Positions 1-8,861 of a stretch of 63,718 nucleotides of DNA are shown piece after piece. Origin of the DNA: a virus. Taxonomy: Duplodnaviria > Caudoviricetes. Each line of letters begins with the position of its first letter. The first letter of the stretch is position 1. Location of the stretch: positions 1 to 63,718 of the IMG/VR virus record IMGVR_UViG_3300048855_000181. One strand, given 5' to 3'. The notes under the pieces were generated by a model. The model was not told where the DNA came from and searched no databases. It was given only the letters and a program-made list of their open reading frames with translations. The position numbers and the translations under genes were made by a program.

Positions 1-216
1 CTATTGGCTGTCTTCTACGCAGATGCGACCTGACACCCACGGTATAACTTCTTGACCGCCGTCTGAATATTGTACGGTCATAGCGGCTTCGAAATTCGCG
101 ACGATAGTGGCCCGAACCCACACCTCATCACCTGATCTGGGATCACCTCGCAAAACTTTGATAAGATCGCCCCGCTTTTTCGTACTGATCCTGTCGCCCG
201 TATCTGGATGTGTCAT
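1..216 (-). CDS. hypothetical protein (71 aa)
   Basis: ORF with AGGAGG RBS upstream of the ATG on the minus strand. Confidence 0.6.
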   Translation of the reverse strand: MTHPDTGDRISTKKRGDLIKVLRGDPRSGDEVWVRATIVANFEAAMTVQYSDGGQEVIPWVSGRICVEDSQ

Positions 217-541
217 AACATTTCCTCCTGATGCTCTAACCTCCAGAACCTCAGGAAGTTTCCGCTGGCGATGCTATGCAGCTTGCATGACCTGGCAATG
301 ATCCAGACGTTGTAACAGATCCACATAGATCAGAGTGCGCAGTGTTGCCCGTACCGGCCACGGCCGGAGTGCCACAGCCTGTTCACGCATGGCGCCGAGG
401 GGCATATCATCAACCGCTTCCATAAAGTCTCCCGCACGTCCCCAATCCAGACGCTGCAACACGATGTCAGATAGGCATCAATGGTCTCCGATCGCAACTC
501 ATCAATGCCGCAGCTATGCGTTTTCTTGGTGGACTTTCAAC

Positions 542-566
542 GGAACATGGGCTGGGTCCAAACGTT
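542..566 (+). promoter_or_regulatory. sigma-EcfG/RpoE2-type promoter
   Basis: GGAAC-N16-CGTT, ending 8 nt before ATG 575. Confidence 0.75.
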
Positions 567-574
567 CGGGCGAC

Positions 575-826
575 ATGGTGGAAATACGCTTCAAACCTGT
601 TTGTCTGAAGCTCGACGGCGGGCGGACACGGGTCGTCGCCTCAGTCTAACACGCTATGTTCGTCTTGCGACACAAATGGCCTATACATCACTCGGCTAGA
701 GAGAAAGCATTGCAGGTTTGCCAATATGCCTTGAATGGTGAAGTTCCTGCCTCTGCGGCCCGGGATGCACTTGTTCAGGCGGCTACCTTGGCTGGAATCT
801 ATATCAACATTACGCTTAAAACTTGA
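575..826 (+). pseudogene. DUF982-family gene with an in-frame stop (TAA 647-649)
   Basis: Reads MVEIRFKPVCLKLDGGRTRVVASV*HAMFVLRHKWP...ALQVCQYALNGEVPASAARDALVQAATLAGI; DUF982 W-P...C..A..G...AR.A...AA pattern. Confidence 0.7.
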
Positions 827-1150
827 CTTTGAGATCGCAGCCGCTTCGTCTACCACGTCAGAAGCGATGAAAGTCATCTGCGCGCGGATGCCCGAACGCG
901 TCTTGTTCACAGAGCGCGACACACTGAGGTGTTACGACAATGCGCTCGATCCTCCGACACGGCTCGAACTGGCCGTCGACAGGAGTTAGCAATCCACTCC
1001 GGCCGGTCATGGGATGCAACTTGAGACGCCATGCGGACGTTGTTGGCAGTCATGCACATCCTGGCCTTGGATTGGAGAGACCTATGGCTCAAATAAGGGA
1101 CCTGTACTACTGCCATACACCCTAAACGCTGGCTTGACTGCGAGCGGGCC

Positions 1151-1333
1151 TTGCAAGAGCGTTTTACGGCCATTGCGGAAAGAAATGAACGGCGGGTTGA
1201 ACTCCTTAAAGAATTGATTGTGGACGCCATTGAGGCTGGTTGGACGGAGCCGGAGTTGAAGCGTGCACTCGTGGACATGACAGAGGCCGGGGAGGACACT
1301 GGCAAAGCAGGCGATTCATGGCTGCCATGGTAG
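1151..1333 (+). CDS. hypothetical protein
   Basis: 60-aa ORF; A..AGW...E...AL pattern typical of small rhizobial proteins; start uncertain. Confidence 0.45.
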   Translation: MQERFTAIAERNERRVELLKELIVDAIEAGWTEPELKRALVDMTEAGEDTGKAGDSWLPW

Positions 1334-1349
1334 CCGGTCAGGAGCTGGC

Positions 1350-1559
1350 ATGGAAGCAATCCGTCGATGGGGAGATATGCAAAAAGGCGCGAATATCATG
1401 ATGGATGACGACGAGGAACTCATGCGCGAAATCAACCGGCAAGCCGACAGGGCCGAGGAGATGCGGCCGGCCCGGATAGACCGTTACGCCTTGGCGGTAA
1501 TGCTGGCTGGCCGCTTCCAGCAGCATAGCGCGGAGGAAATCGAAAAATTGCGTGTATAG
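1350..1559 (+). CDS. hypothetical protein
   Basis: AGGAG RBS before the ATG; 69 aa. Confidence 0.45.
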   Translation: MEAIRRWGDMQKGANIMMDDDEELMREINRQADRAEEMRPARIDRYALAVMLAGRFQQHSAEEIEKLRV

Positions 1560-1832
1560 TGCTTTTTTAACTGTGGAGGTGGAAGTACCGCAGCGCCTAA
1601 ACGGCAAATTGCAGTGCGCGAATGCCATACGACATTTTTATCGAGCAAGGCGGCATGAATGGCATATTTGATTTATACGATGGATCATTGTTAGGCGCTA
1701 ACCCATCAGCTCGTTGTCGGCCCTATGCAGTTTCTCCAGCAGGATCGTCAAACATGCGAAAGGCATTTGCTGTATCGTAAGGCAGCTCTTAATACAGCGT
1801 GACTTCAAGGTTCGCCGGGCGTAGTTTGCGCC

Positions 1833-2012
1833 ATGAGGTTCAATCGTTACGAAACGAAGCAGCAAACAGACGGTAGGTGGTCTGTCTTTGATATTTCCAC
1901 GGGGTTTCCAATTCTGGTGAACGCCTTTTTTACCATCGACATGTCGCGACAGCGGGCAGACGATCTAGCCGATCTCCTCAACCGTTCAGATGCAATAAAT
2001 ATAGGACGATAG
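1833..2012 (+). CDS. small hypothetical protein (59 aa), below the ORF-track cutoff
   Basis: MRFNRYETKQQTDGRWSVFDISTGFPILVNAFFTIDMSRQRADDLADLLNRSD...; W.V.D..TG.P / A.DL.DLLN pattern. Confidence 0.6.
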   Translation: MRFNRYETKQQTDGRWSVFDISTGFPILVNAFFTIDMSRQRADDLADLLNRSDAINIGR

Positions 2013-2035
2013 AAACTGACATAGGCCCGAGGTAG

Positions 2036-2767
2036 TCAGTCCTTCGTTCCTCCTTCATTGGGACGAGCCATAATCCGCTCGTATTCTTTCTCGGCCATAC
2101 CGTAAAAGCCTTTCGCCTCGACGATCAAACCCGCTCTGTCGAGTACCTTAACATTGCCGCGTGAGGATCTGATCAACTGCTTGCCTTCGAGCAAGTGCAA
2201 CGTTTCCGTGACCCAGGGACGGCGCATAGCCAGCATGACCGCGATAAACTCGTGCGTTATGGAAAGGTCCGAACTGGTTGTGCGGTCATGCAGCATCAAC
2301 AGCCAGCGGGCGAGCCTTGTTTCAGCATTGGCAATGCCGTTGATCAAGGCCGTCGACGCAGCTTGGACAACCAACGTTTGGATGTGACGCAGCAGCTTCT
2401 TCTCTAGTGTGTCGCTTGTCTTGAGGGCCGTCAACAAAACGTGTGACGGGAGGACGTAGCCAGATCCAGCAATCTGGATGTAGGTTTCGAGCGGCGTACT
2501 GACTTCTCCCAAGACGAGCGTTGTTCCGGTCATCCCTTCCAACCCAGTCAAACAGACTTCAACGTCTTCCCCTTCGGGGCTTTGCGCTACCGTTGAGGCT
2601 ATGACTGATTCAGGGAAAACCACATAAGTTATCAGTTGATTAGCGCGTTCAATGTAATGTTTCAGCGGAAATTCACGGTGCTCAAGATGGGGCTTTAGCA
2701 AAGCAAAATCTTTAGGAACAAGACTGTTGAGCAGCCGGTTGGTAATCGTTGATTGTTGGGTATCCAT
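2036..2767 (-). CDS. Crp/Fnr family transcriptional regulator
   Basis: N-terminal NRLLNSL, cNMP-like domain, RLARWLL and C-terminal HTH THEFIAVMLAMRRPWVTETL. Confidence 0.9.
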   Translation of the reverse strand: MDTQQSTITNRLLNSLVPKDFALLKPHLEHREFPLKHYIERANQLITYVVFPESVIASTVAQSPEGEDVEVCLTGLEGMTGTTLVLGEVSTPLETYIQIAGSGYVLPSHVLLTALKTSDTLEKKLLRHIQTLVVQAASTALINGIANAETRLARWLLMLHDRTTSSDLSITHEFIAVMLAMRRPWVTETLHLLEGKQLIRSSRGNVKVLDRAGLIVEAKGFYGMAEKEYERIMARPNEGGTKD

Positions 2768-3196
2768 GTCATCTTTCCGCCCGGCTCATGAAAAGCGTCG
2801 GGTGCTTCAAGATCATGATGATCCTGGACATTCACAGTGACCGGAATACGTTATCGCCGCAGTTCGTGGGCAATATATTGCACTCAGAAATCGAGCCGCT
2901 TCCCGATCACACCATATATCAATTTGGCCATATCCCCTAATCGCTCAGCCCTCCGTCAGATTTCCGCACAAAGGGTAGTGACGGGTGGCTTCCGAGGGTT
3001 AGAGTTCATTGTTTTGCTAGATTCTCCTGCCAATTCTGAATGTGGTGTGGAATGTGGCACGGTGTGCCCACCGTTTTCATCGATCAAACTTCCGGTGTGA
3101 CAGGCCGATAGATTGCCCTTTTGGATCAACAAACGTTTCAAATTTCCGCGCGCCCTAACGGGCGGCAAGCGGCAAAAGTTGAAACTCATTTTGGCG

Positions 3197-3559
3197 TCAT
3201 GGCCGCCCTGATCCGACTCCGACCGGTCTCCCTCCGCCCAAGTCAGAAGGTGTCTCCAAATATTCCATGAACGTTTGGAGTACTTGCCGTTGGGCCGTTT
3301 TGCGTTTTGGAACGACTCCGTTTATTGCCCGTGTTGTAAATGGCCTCCGGCCGAGCTGAAAATTGAAATACCAATCACCATGTTGAGGGCCGCCGGATAG
3401 GCGGCAGACGCGGCCGATAACTATACCAGATGCTATCGCGAGGATGTCATCCGGTCTTTGTCTGTCATCGAAATGGACCGGCTTCCAAACAAAATCCATG
3501 GCTGACGGACTTTCGAGTTTCCAGCTTCGAGAAAGAGCTGCGTGCGTTGCTCGGCTCAT
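3197..3559 (-). CDS. hypothetical protein
   Basis: 120-aa ORF (alternative start near 3499) with an EcfG-type promoter upstream. Confidence 0.5.
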   Translation of the reverse strand: MSRATHAALSRSWKLESPSAMDFVWKPVHFDDRQRPDDILAIASGIVIGRVCRLSGGPQHGDWYFNFQLGRRPFTTRAINGVVPKRKTAQRQVLQTFMEYLETPSDLGGGRPVGVGSGRP

Positions 3560-3594
3560 TGGATTAACCAGAGAACCGTGCCCGATATGACCCT

Positions 3595-3619
3595 AATCTT
3601 GGTCCGCGCTAATAGTTCC
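3595..3619 (-). promoter_or_regulatory. sigma-EcfG-type promoter
   Basis: Minus strand GGAAC-N16-GATT. Confidence 0.5.
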
Positions 3620-3696
3620 CCTCAGCTCGGTTAATTTAGGACTGGTTACGCTTCAGGGCGCGCTGTTGTGTTTCAGCAAAATCCAGCGGCATCAAC

Positions 3697-3722
3697 GGAA
3701 CTTATACATCGTTGAACACGTT
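3697..3722 (+). promoter_or_regulatory. sigma-EcfG-type promoter
   Basis: GGAAC-N17-CGTT. Confidence 0.7.
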
Positions 3723-3762
3723 GCCCACGACGGTTCAATCTCAAATCGGGTGCTCTACATCC

Positions 3763-3864
3763 ATGCTCGCTTCAACGCTTCTACTATTTGACTGGCAAGC
3801 TCTCGTGGCTGCACTCGTTGTCATTATAGCGTTTCTTTGGATCCATTTTGCTTTCACGTCTTAA
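3763..3864 (+). CDS. small membrane peptide (33 aa)
   Basis: MLASTLLLFDWQALVAALVVIIAFLWIHFAFTS; one hydrophobic helix, downstream of an EcfG-type promoter. Confidence 0.45.
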   Translation: MLASTLLLFDWQALVAALVVIIAFLWIHFAFTS

Positions 3865-3964
3865 CAGCCATCTGCATGGTGGTGGCAGGTCGGTTTTGAC
3901 GAGCGCGGCGGGAATGGTATTGCAGAAAGCAAAAGGCGATGCTTAACGATTGACGAGGTTGGGA

Positions 3965-4381
3965 ATGGAAAAATGGTTCAATAGAGCCGCCACAGCGGTA
4001 GCAACAGCAGCAGGCAAACCCACCGCCTTTGTCGTCTGTGTGAGCTTGGTCTTGATTTGGGCCGTAAGTGGCCCTTTTTTTGGTTTCTCTGAAACATGGC
4101 AGCTGATCATAAACACCTCAACGACGATCATCACATTTTTGATGGTTTTCCTTATCCAAAACACGCAGAATCGCGACGGAGCGGCCATCCAGGCCAAGCT
4201 GGACGAACTCATTCGCTCTGGGGCCGGATTGAATAAATTCGTTGGGATCGAGAAGCTTACGCTAAAAGAGGTCGAGGCTTTCCGCGATCAATGCGAAGCG
4301 GCCGCTAAAAAAGCAGCATCAACAAAGACCAAAATCGCGAAGGAAGGCTCGCGCATGCGCCAAAAATCTAACGTCAGTTAA
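3965..4381 (+). CDS. low-affinity iron permease (Fet4-like) family protein
   Basis: Signature SGPFFGFSETWQLIINTSTTIITFLMVFLIQNTQNRD..AIQAKLDELI. Confidence 0.9.
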   Translation: MEKWFNRAATAVATAAGKPTAFVVCVSLVLIWAVSGPFFGFSETWQLIINTSTTIITFLMVFLIQNTQNRDGAAIQAKLDELIRSGAGLNKFVGIEKLTLKEVEAFRDQCEAAAKKAASTKTKIAKEGSRMRQKSNVS

Positions 4382-4449
4382 GCATTGTAGACTGACAATG
4401 GAATGCGGCGGCCGATCGCGACCACCGCTTCTACTGAAGGTTCGGCTAA

Positions 4450-4944
4450 TCAGGCTGCTTTAGCCAATGAGTTGAGACTTGCCTCAGCAAGCGCGGTCAA
4501 AGCCTGGTCGGTAGCTTCTTCCTCGTTCAAGGTGGTCACGAGAAGTGCCTTTGCATCCTTCAACCCAAGGTCCCCGGCCCAACGAGCCAAGGTGCCGTAA
4601 CGGGCTATTTCGTAATGTTCAACCGCCTGTGCAGCCGATGCAAGTCCAGCATCAATGGCAGGTTGCCCCTTGAAATCTTCCATTATCTCTTCGCCTTCAG
4701 CGATTATCCCCTCGATTGCGTCGCAGGTCTTACCCTGTGCCCGCTTGCCGAAAATCTCAAACACCTGCTGCAGGCGTTCAATGTGAACTTCAGTTTCCAT
4801 GCGATGCTTTTCAAAGGCCGCTTTGAGGTCCGGGTGGGATGCAGCCTTTTCCATCTTCGGCAAAGCTTTCAGGATTTTCCGTTCCGCGTAATAGATATCT
4901 TTCAGTGTTTCATGAAAAAGCGTTTCGAGTGTTTTCTCGACCAT
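4450..4944 (-). CDS. yciF: ferritin-like DUF892 protein (YciF-like)
   Basis: LKDIYYAE, H..ETE.HIERL, AQAVEHYEIARYGTL motifs; GAGGGA RBS. Confidence 0.9.
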   Translation of the reverse strand: MVEKTLETLFHETLKDIYYAERKILKALPKMEKAASHPDLKAAFEKHRMETEVHIERLQQVFEIFGKRAQGKTCDAIEGIIAEGEEIMEDFKGQPAIDAGLASAAQAVEHYEIARYGTLARWAGDLGLKDAKALLVTTLNEEEATDQALTALAEASLNSLAKAA

Positions 4945-4982
4945 GTCATGTCCCTCTATTGCTTGATTGCAATCAGTGGGAC

Positions 4983-5007
4983 AACGACAGCAAGTCAAAA
5001 GGGTTCC
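4983..5007 (-). promoter_or_regulatory. sigma-EcfG-type promoter of yciF
   Basis: Minus strand GGAAC-N16-CGTT. Confidence 0.8.
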
Positions 5008-5046
5008 GGACATGCGGAGAAGACCTGCCGTCAGACAGGGTTGATC

Positions 5047-5211
5047 CTATTCTTCACCCTCTTTTTGATCCAGGCGTTTCAGCAGATCGCTGAAGCGGTT
5101 ATCTATCGGGACGGTTTTGTAGCGCGTTTGCAGCGCTTCACGTAACTCGTTCCGCCGCCACCGCTCTTTCGAATCGTTGCGATTCATGGATTTGTCTTTT
5201 TTGTCATTCAT
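5047..5211 (-). CDS. NepR-like anti-sigma factor (54 aa)
   Basis: LREALQTRYKTVPIDNRFSDLLKRLD resembles the NepR core L...Y....P.P.RF.DLL..LD; has its own EcfG-type promoter. Confidence 0.55.
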   Translation of the reverse strand: MNDKKDKSMNRNDSKERWRRNELREALQTRYKTVPIDNRFSDLLKRLDQKEGEE

Positions 5212-5237
5212 TGGCTTCGCTCGATTTCGCGAGCACA

Positions 5238-5262
5238 AACCAGAACATCCACTGTTTGTTCC
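5238..5262 (-). promoter_or_regulatory. sigma-EcfG-type promoter of the NepR-like gene
   Basis: Minus strand GGAAC-N16-GGTT. Confidence 0.65.
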
Positions 5263-5283
5263 CCGCGCAATCTCAAAAACCAC

Positions 5284-5540
5284 TCATTCGGAAGCAACCT
5301 GCGGCGCCAAGATTCCCGCTTCGTCGGCAGCAAGCACAAAAGCCGCTCTTGCATCGTCCGCTGAGCTGTCCCCGGAAATTGCACGGCGCAACGTCTAGAG
5401 AGCACTTCTTTCTTCGCTCCGGTATCTCTTGGCCAATGTTCCAACATGAATGCCAGCGCGGCAGGCTCTGAACCCAACTTCCTATGCTCGTGACAGCGCG
5501 GGCCTATGACCAAAACATTCGCAAATTTGAGCTTATCCAT
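5284..5540 (-). pseudogene. DUF982-family gene, frameshifted near 5395-5410
   Basis: 5' frame MDKLKFANV...AALAFMLEHWP; 3' frame LRRAISGDSSADDARAAFVLAADEAGIL*; length 257 nt is not a multiple of 3. Confidence 0.7.
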
Positions 5541-5648
5541 ATCCCCCGAACCCGGGGTCAAGAAAGGTTGCTCTATTAGTGACTAACAAAGGTTTAGCTG
5601 CCGAAACACGGTCCAGAGCTTGCGCCTCATCACGCTCGTAGTTGCCGA

Positions 5649-5954
5649 CTATGCAAGTTCGGTCGACTCGGCAGTGGGAGTTTGATCGGGAACAAGAATC
5701 GCAATTATCTTTTTCAGTCGCGAGCGCCGGGCATATATACCGACTTCTTTGGCTGCGACGATGAATGCGGTCCGCGCGATTTCGGCCGGCACCTTACCAG
5801 AGATGGCGTCCAGACATTTCTGGCGCGCGTCTTCGAGGACTAGACTTTGATGAGGCGGCCATTTCAAAAGGATAAATTCGGTTGCCTCAGGCAATGACGT
5901 GATGAGTATGGTTGTTGCACTTTCGGGTATACGTACCCTTAGGGGTTTGAACAT
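5649..5954 (-). CDS. DUF982 domain protein
   Basis: EATEFILLKWP...ARQKCLDAISG...ARTAFIVAAKEVGI; AAGGAG RBS. Confidence 0.85.
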   Translation of the reverse strand: MFKPLRVRIPESATTILITSLPEATEFILLKWPPHQSLVLEDARQKCLDAISGKVPAEIARTAFIVAAKEVGIYARRSRLKKIIAILVPDQTPTAESTELA

Positions 5955-5982
5955 TCGAAGCTCCTTTGCTTGTTTGGCGCAA

Positions 5983-6008
5983 AACAACATACGCGGCTAA
6001 AGGTTCCG
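5983..6008 (-). promoter_or_regulatory. sigma-EcfG-type promoter
   Basis: Minus strand GGAAC-N17-TGTT. Confidence 0.6.
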
Positions 6009-6266
6009 GTGCGCCGCAGTTTCAGCGTTGCAATCATTGAAGCGGGGCAAGTTCATTCGCCAAAGTATACCCCGTCAAAGGCACGATTGTTCGTGGCACA
6101 AGAGCAACCACAGCGACTGCCCAGTGCTGTTGTCCGCTGGCGGACATAGTCTTGACGACAGCCTCGAAATGTTTTTTATTAACAGTGTTCCTGGCATTCT
6201 GATAGCACGCCAGTGATTGAGAGATGCCAAGTGCTCCCGCCTAACACCAGTGCGGGAGGGATTTTA

Positions 6267-6530
6267 ATGCCCCGTCAACTCAGGAAGCTCATCTATTCCA
6301 GTGAAGACTGGAATCTCATGCAGAGTGCGCTTTTTAAGGCCACCAAAAAACTGCACAGGGCCCAAGACCACGAAGATACGGATCGTCTGGCACGAAGGGT
6401 GATGACGCTGTTCGATCGAGGTCTCCGCGACATCGATGTCATTGCGCGCGCAGCCGCCAATCAGGAAATATTGATCGCCAGAATTGTATCGCTGCGCAGC
6501 TCGGAAAGAGCCGCCGATGCACAGCAATAA
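6267..6530 (+). CDS. hypothetical protein (87 aa)
   Basis: GGGAGG RBS; RLARRVM.LFD.G.RD pattern common in rhizobial small proteins. Confidence 0.7.
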   Translation: MPRQLRKLIYSSEDWNLMQSALFKATKKLHRAQDHEDTDRLARRVMTLFDRGLRDIDVIARAAANQEILIARIVSLRSSERAADAQQ

Positions 6531-6744
6531 CAACCAACGCCTCGATAGCAAACTTGAATGCGCAAAGTGCCAAACGATCTACCTCACTTTTACCCAAGAT
6601 ATGGCGCTGAGCACACCCATCGTTTGTAGCTCTTGTGGAGAATACATGGGTACGTGGGGTGATTTGGAGGCAGATTTTTACGCTCAAGGCGGGGGCGACG
6701 GCGTGTTTGAAATGCGCGATGGTCAGATCATACGAAAAGGATGA
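6517..6744 (+). CDS. small zinc-ribbon protein (75 aa)
   Basis: CAKC...CSSCG; overlaps the upstream stop. Confidence 0.7.
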   Translation: MHSNNNQRLDSKLECAKCQTIYLTFTQDMALSTPIVCSSCGEYMGTWGDLEADFYAQGGGDGVFEMRDGQIIRKG

Positions 6745-6748
6745 GGCC

Positions 6749-6871
6749 GTGCGGCTTGATTTTGATGATGGTCCAGATGGCCGACCAAGCGTCCTGTCGT
6801 TCTGCGTAGGTGGCATCTTAGTGGTTTCGATGCTTCTCATAGCAACGAGCTATGCTGGCTACTTGTGGTGA
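6749..6871 (+). CDS. small membrane protein (40 aa)
   Basis: GTG start after AGGATGAGG; MRLDFDDGPDGR plus a TM helix; paralogous to 6989-7138. Confidence 0.5.
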   Translation: MRLDFDDGPDGRPSVLSFCVGGILVVSMLLIATSYAGYLW

Positions 6872-6988
6872 AAGGACGCGGAGTTTTACAAAGCGAATGT
6901 TCTGCCATGGTAGATTGCCGCGAGTATGACACGCTGCAACGGCGTCTTTGAAATGCATGACGCCCAATCGCAGGCAAGGAGTGATCCC

Positions 6989-7138
6989 ATGCGAATACAT
7001 TTCGATGACGACCCCGAAGACGGGCGGAATGATCTGGCCCTTCATCATTACTTCGCGCTGTTCTGTATTGCTCTTGTCCTTGCCGGCGTAGCTTGTTGGA
7101 TGATGTGCTTAGAAAAAATGGAGCCGATAGTTTTTTAA
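6989..7138 (+). CDS. small membrane protein (49 aa)
   Basis: AAGGAG RBS; MRIHFDDDPEDGR plus a TM helix. Confidence 0.55.
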   Translation: MRIHFDDDPEDGRNDLALHHYFALFCIALVLAGVACWMMCLEKMEPIVF

Positions 7139-7276
7139 GAACCGAGCACTTTGCGGATGGTGCTGACGAGTTTCCGAGGCTAAGTACGATTACTGTTTTT
7201 TCTCTATTTTTGGCCCGTTGCCGCAACTGATGGAAGCCAGGCTTGAACGCTGCCAAGGCAAAGGGCGGGAGCTAAC

Positions 7277-7600
7277 ATGGCCATCGACTGGATATCAACT
7301 CTGGAAGAACAAGCAGAATTCGTCACACGCATAGCGGAGGATGTGACACTTACGCTTGAGCTCCCGCAGTTAAGTGATGTCCAAGTGTCCAGGCTCTTCC
7401 GGGTTGTCGAACAGGGAGCATCCACGTTTGACCGGATCATAGAGGAAATGGAACAAGAAGACGGTGTTGATGACGACCTTTTCGCAGCCGCAGCAGACAT
7501 TGCCGATACGTGGACGAACCTTTCAATTTCAACTGCAAACAAATTGCGCTCTCTGCAGGGGTTGTCGCCGATAGAGTTTCCTCCTGATAACGGCGGCTAA
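7277..7600 (+). CDS. hypothetical acidic protein (107 aa)
   Basis: GGGAG RBS, clean ORF. Confidence 0.7.
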   Translation: MAIDWISTLEEQAEFVTRIAEDVTLTLELPQLSDVQVSRLFRVVEQGASTFDRIIEEMEQEDGVDDDLFAAAADIADTWTNLSISTANKLRSLQGLSPIEFPPDNGG

Positions 7601-7624
7601 TGAAAATTGACTATTGCGCAGTGC

Positions 7625-7650
7625 GGAACTCGGCCCCGTCCTGCACCGTT
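7625..7650 (+). promoter_or_regulatory. sigma-EcfG-type promoter of the ligase (probably leaderless transcript)
   Basis: GGAAC-N17-CGTT ending 8 nt before ATG 7659. Confidence 0.8.
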
Positions 7651-7658
7651 CAGGGTGA

Positions 7659-8729
7659 ATGGCAAAAAGCTCGACACGCAAACTGAAGACAATCGGACTT
7701 CTGACCGATCTCAATGCACCACTCAAGAGCCAACCGACCAAGCCCCGTGAGAAGCGCCAACCGCAGCTGGCGCTGGATTCCATGCCAGCGCGTATTGAAC
7801 CTCAATTGGCGACGCTCGCCACAAAGGTGCCCAATGGGGGTGGCTGGGCCTACGAGGTCAAATGGGATGGCTATCGTCTTGCGGTACACGCCGAACCCGA
7901 CGAAATTCGTATTATTACGCGAGGTGGCCACGATTGGACACGCTATTTCCCTGCGATCGACGAAGCAGCAAGAGCCCTCGGTCCCGCGAGGTTCATTCTT
8001 GATGGAGAAGCTGTCGTCCTCGATGACAAGGGCGTGCCGAACTTTGGCCTGCTGCAACAGGAACTAGGCGGTCGGCGTGCAACCCGCGCGGCTAACAGGG
8101 CCGTGCTCTATGCCTTTGATCTGCTCTATTTGGATGGCCACGACCTAACCGGTCTTGAGCTGTCGTCGCGGCGACGTCTGCTCGAAACGTTCCTGGAAGG
8201 CCAGACAGGTGCGATTCGTCTGTCGGAAGAGATTGAGACTGATGACGCAGCAGCTTTGCTGCGTTCGGCCTGCTCCCACGGGCTTGAGGGGATTGTTGCC
8301 AAGCGCAAGGACAGGCCCTATCGGTCTGGCCGGTCGATCGACTGGCTGAAGATCAAATGCTCGAACAGCGAAAGCTTCGTTGTAATCGGCTACGAACCAT
8401 CCATCCTGGTTCGCGGTAGCATCGCAAGCCTGTTGCTCGCTGCGCGCAAGGACGACGGCTTGGTCTATGTCGGCCATGTCGGCACCGGCTTTTCGACAAA
8501 GCTTGCTCGAGACTTGAAGGTTCAACTGGATGGCATGCGCGTCGCCGTTCCGGCTGCCAGCGGCATCAAAGGGAAGAAATACGTGTTCGTGGAGCCAACC
8601 TTAGTTGTCGAGACAACCTACGGCGCCTGGACGCATGATGGAAAACTGCGCCATGCTTCGTTCAAAGGTTATCGCGAGGTGGCAGATCATTCGGAAGTCT
8701 ATCAACTAACAACATCGACGGAAGTCTAG
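7659..8729 (+). CDS. ligD: ATP-dependent DNA ligase, LigD-type ligase domain only
   Basis: Motif I EVKWDGYR, LDGEAV, AFDLL, EGIVAKR, WLKIK, and OB-fold LRHASFKG. Confidence 0.92.
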   Translation: MAKSSTRKLKTIGLLTDLNAPLKSQPTKPREKRQPQLALDSMPARIEPQLATLATKVPNGGGWAYEVKWDGYRLAVHAEPDEIRIITRGGHDWTRYFPAIDEAARALGPARFILDGEAVVLDDKGVPNFGLLQQELGGRRATRAANRAVLYAFDLLYLDGHDLTGLELSSRRRLLETFLEGQTGAIRLSEEIETDDAAALLRSACSHGLEGIVAKRKDRPYRSGRSIDWLKIKCSNSESFVVIGYEPSILVRGSIASLLLAARKDDGLVYVGHVGTGFSTKLARDLKVQLDGMRVAVPAASGIKGKKYVFVEPTLVVETTYGAWTHDGKLRHASFKGYREVADHSEVYQLTTSTEV

Positions 8730-8809
8730 GCAGAAGGTAAGGCCAAGCGAGGCGGCCCGGCACAGTCCGAAAGTCGATCTAACAAAAACAAAGTTTCCGG
8801 CCCGCAGTT

Positions 8810-8834
8810 GGAACGATATAGACGCGCCTTTGTT
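8810..8834 (+). promoter_or_regulatory. sigma-EcfG-type promoter of yciE
   Basis: GGAAC-N16-TGTT. Confidence 0.7.
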
Positions 8835-8861
8835 AGCGGTTTTTTGGATGGAGGAAGTTCA

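Noticed and set aside
274-1125. Short ORFs 274-462, 735-989 and 940-1125
   Set aside because: No RBS or motif support; probably degraded sequence.
6167-6191. Possible minus-strand EcfG promoter (GGAAC-N18-TT)
   Set aside because: Weak -10 and no convincing downstream gene; not counted.
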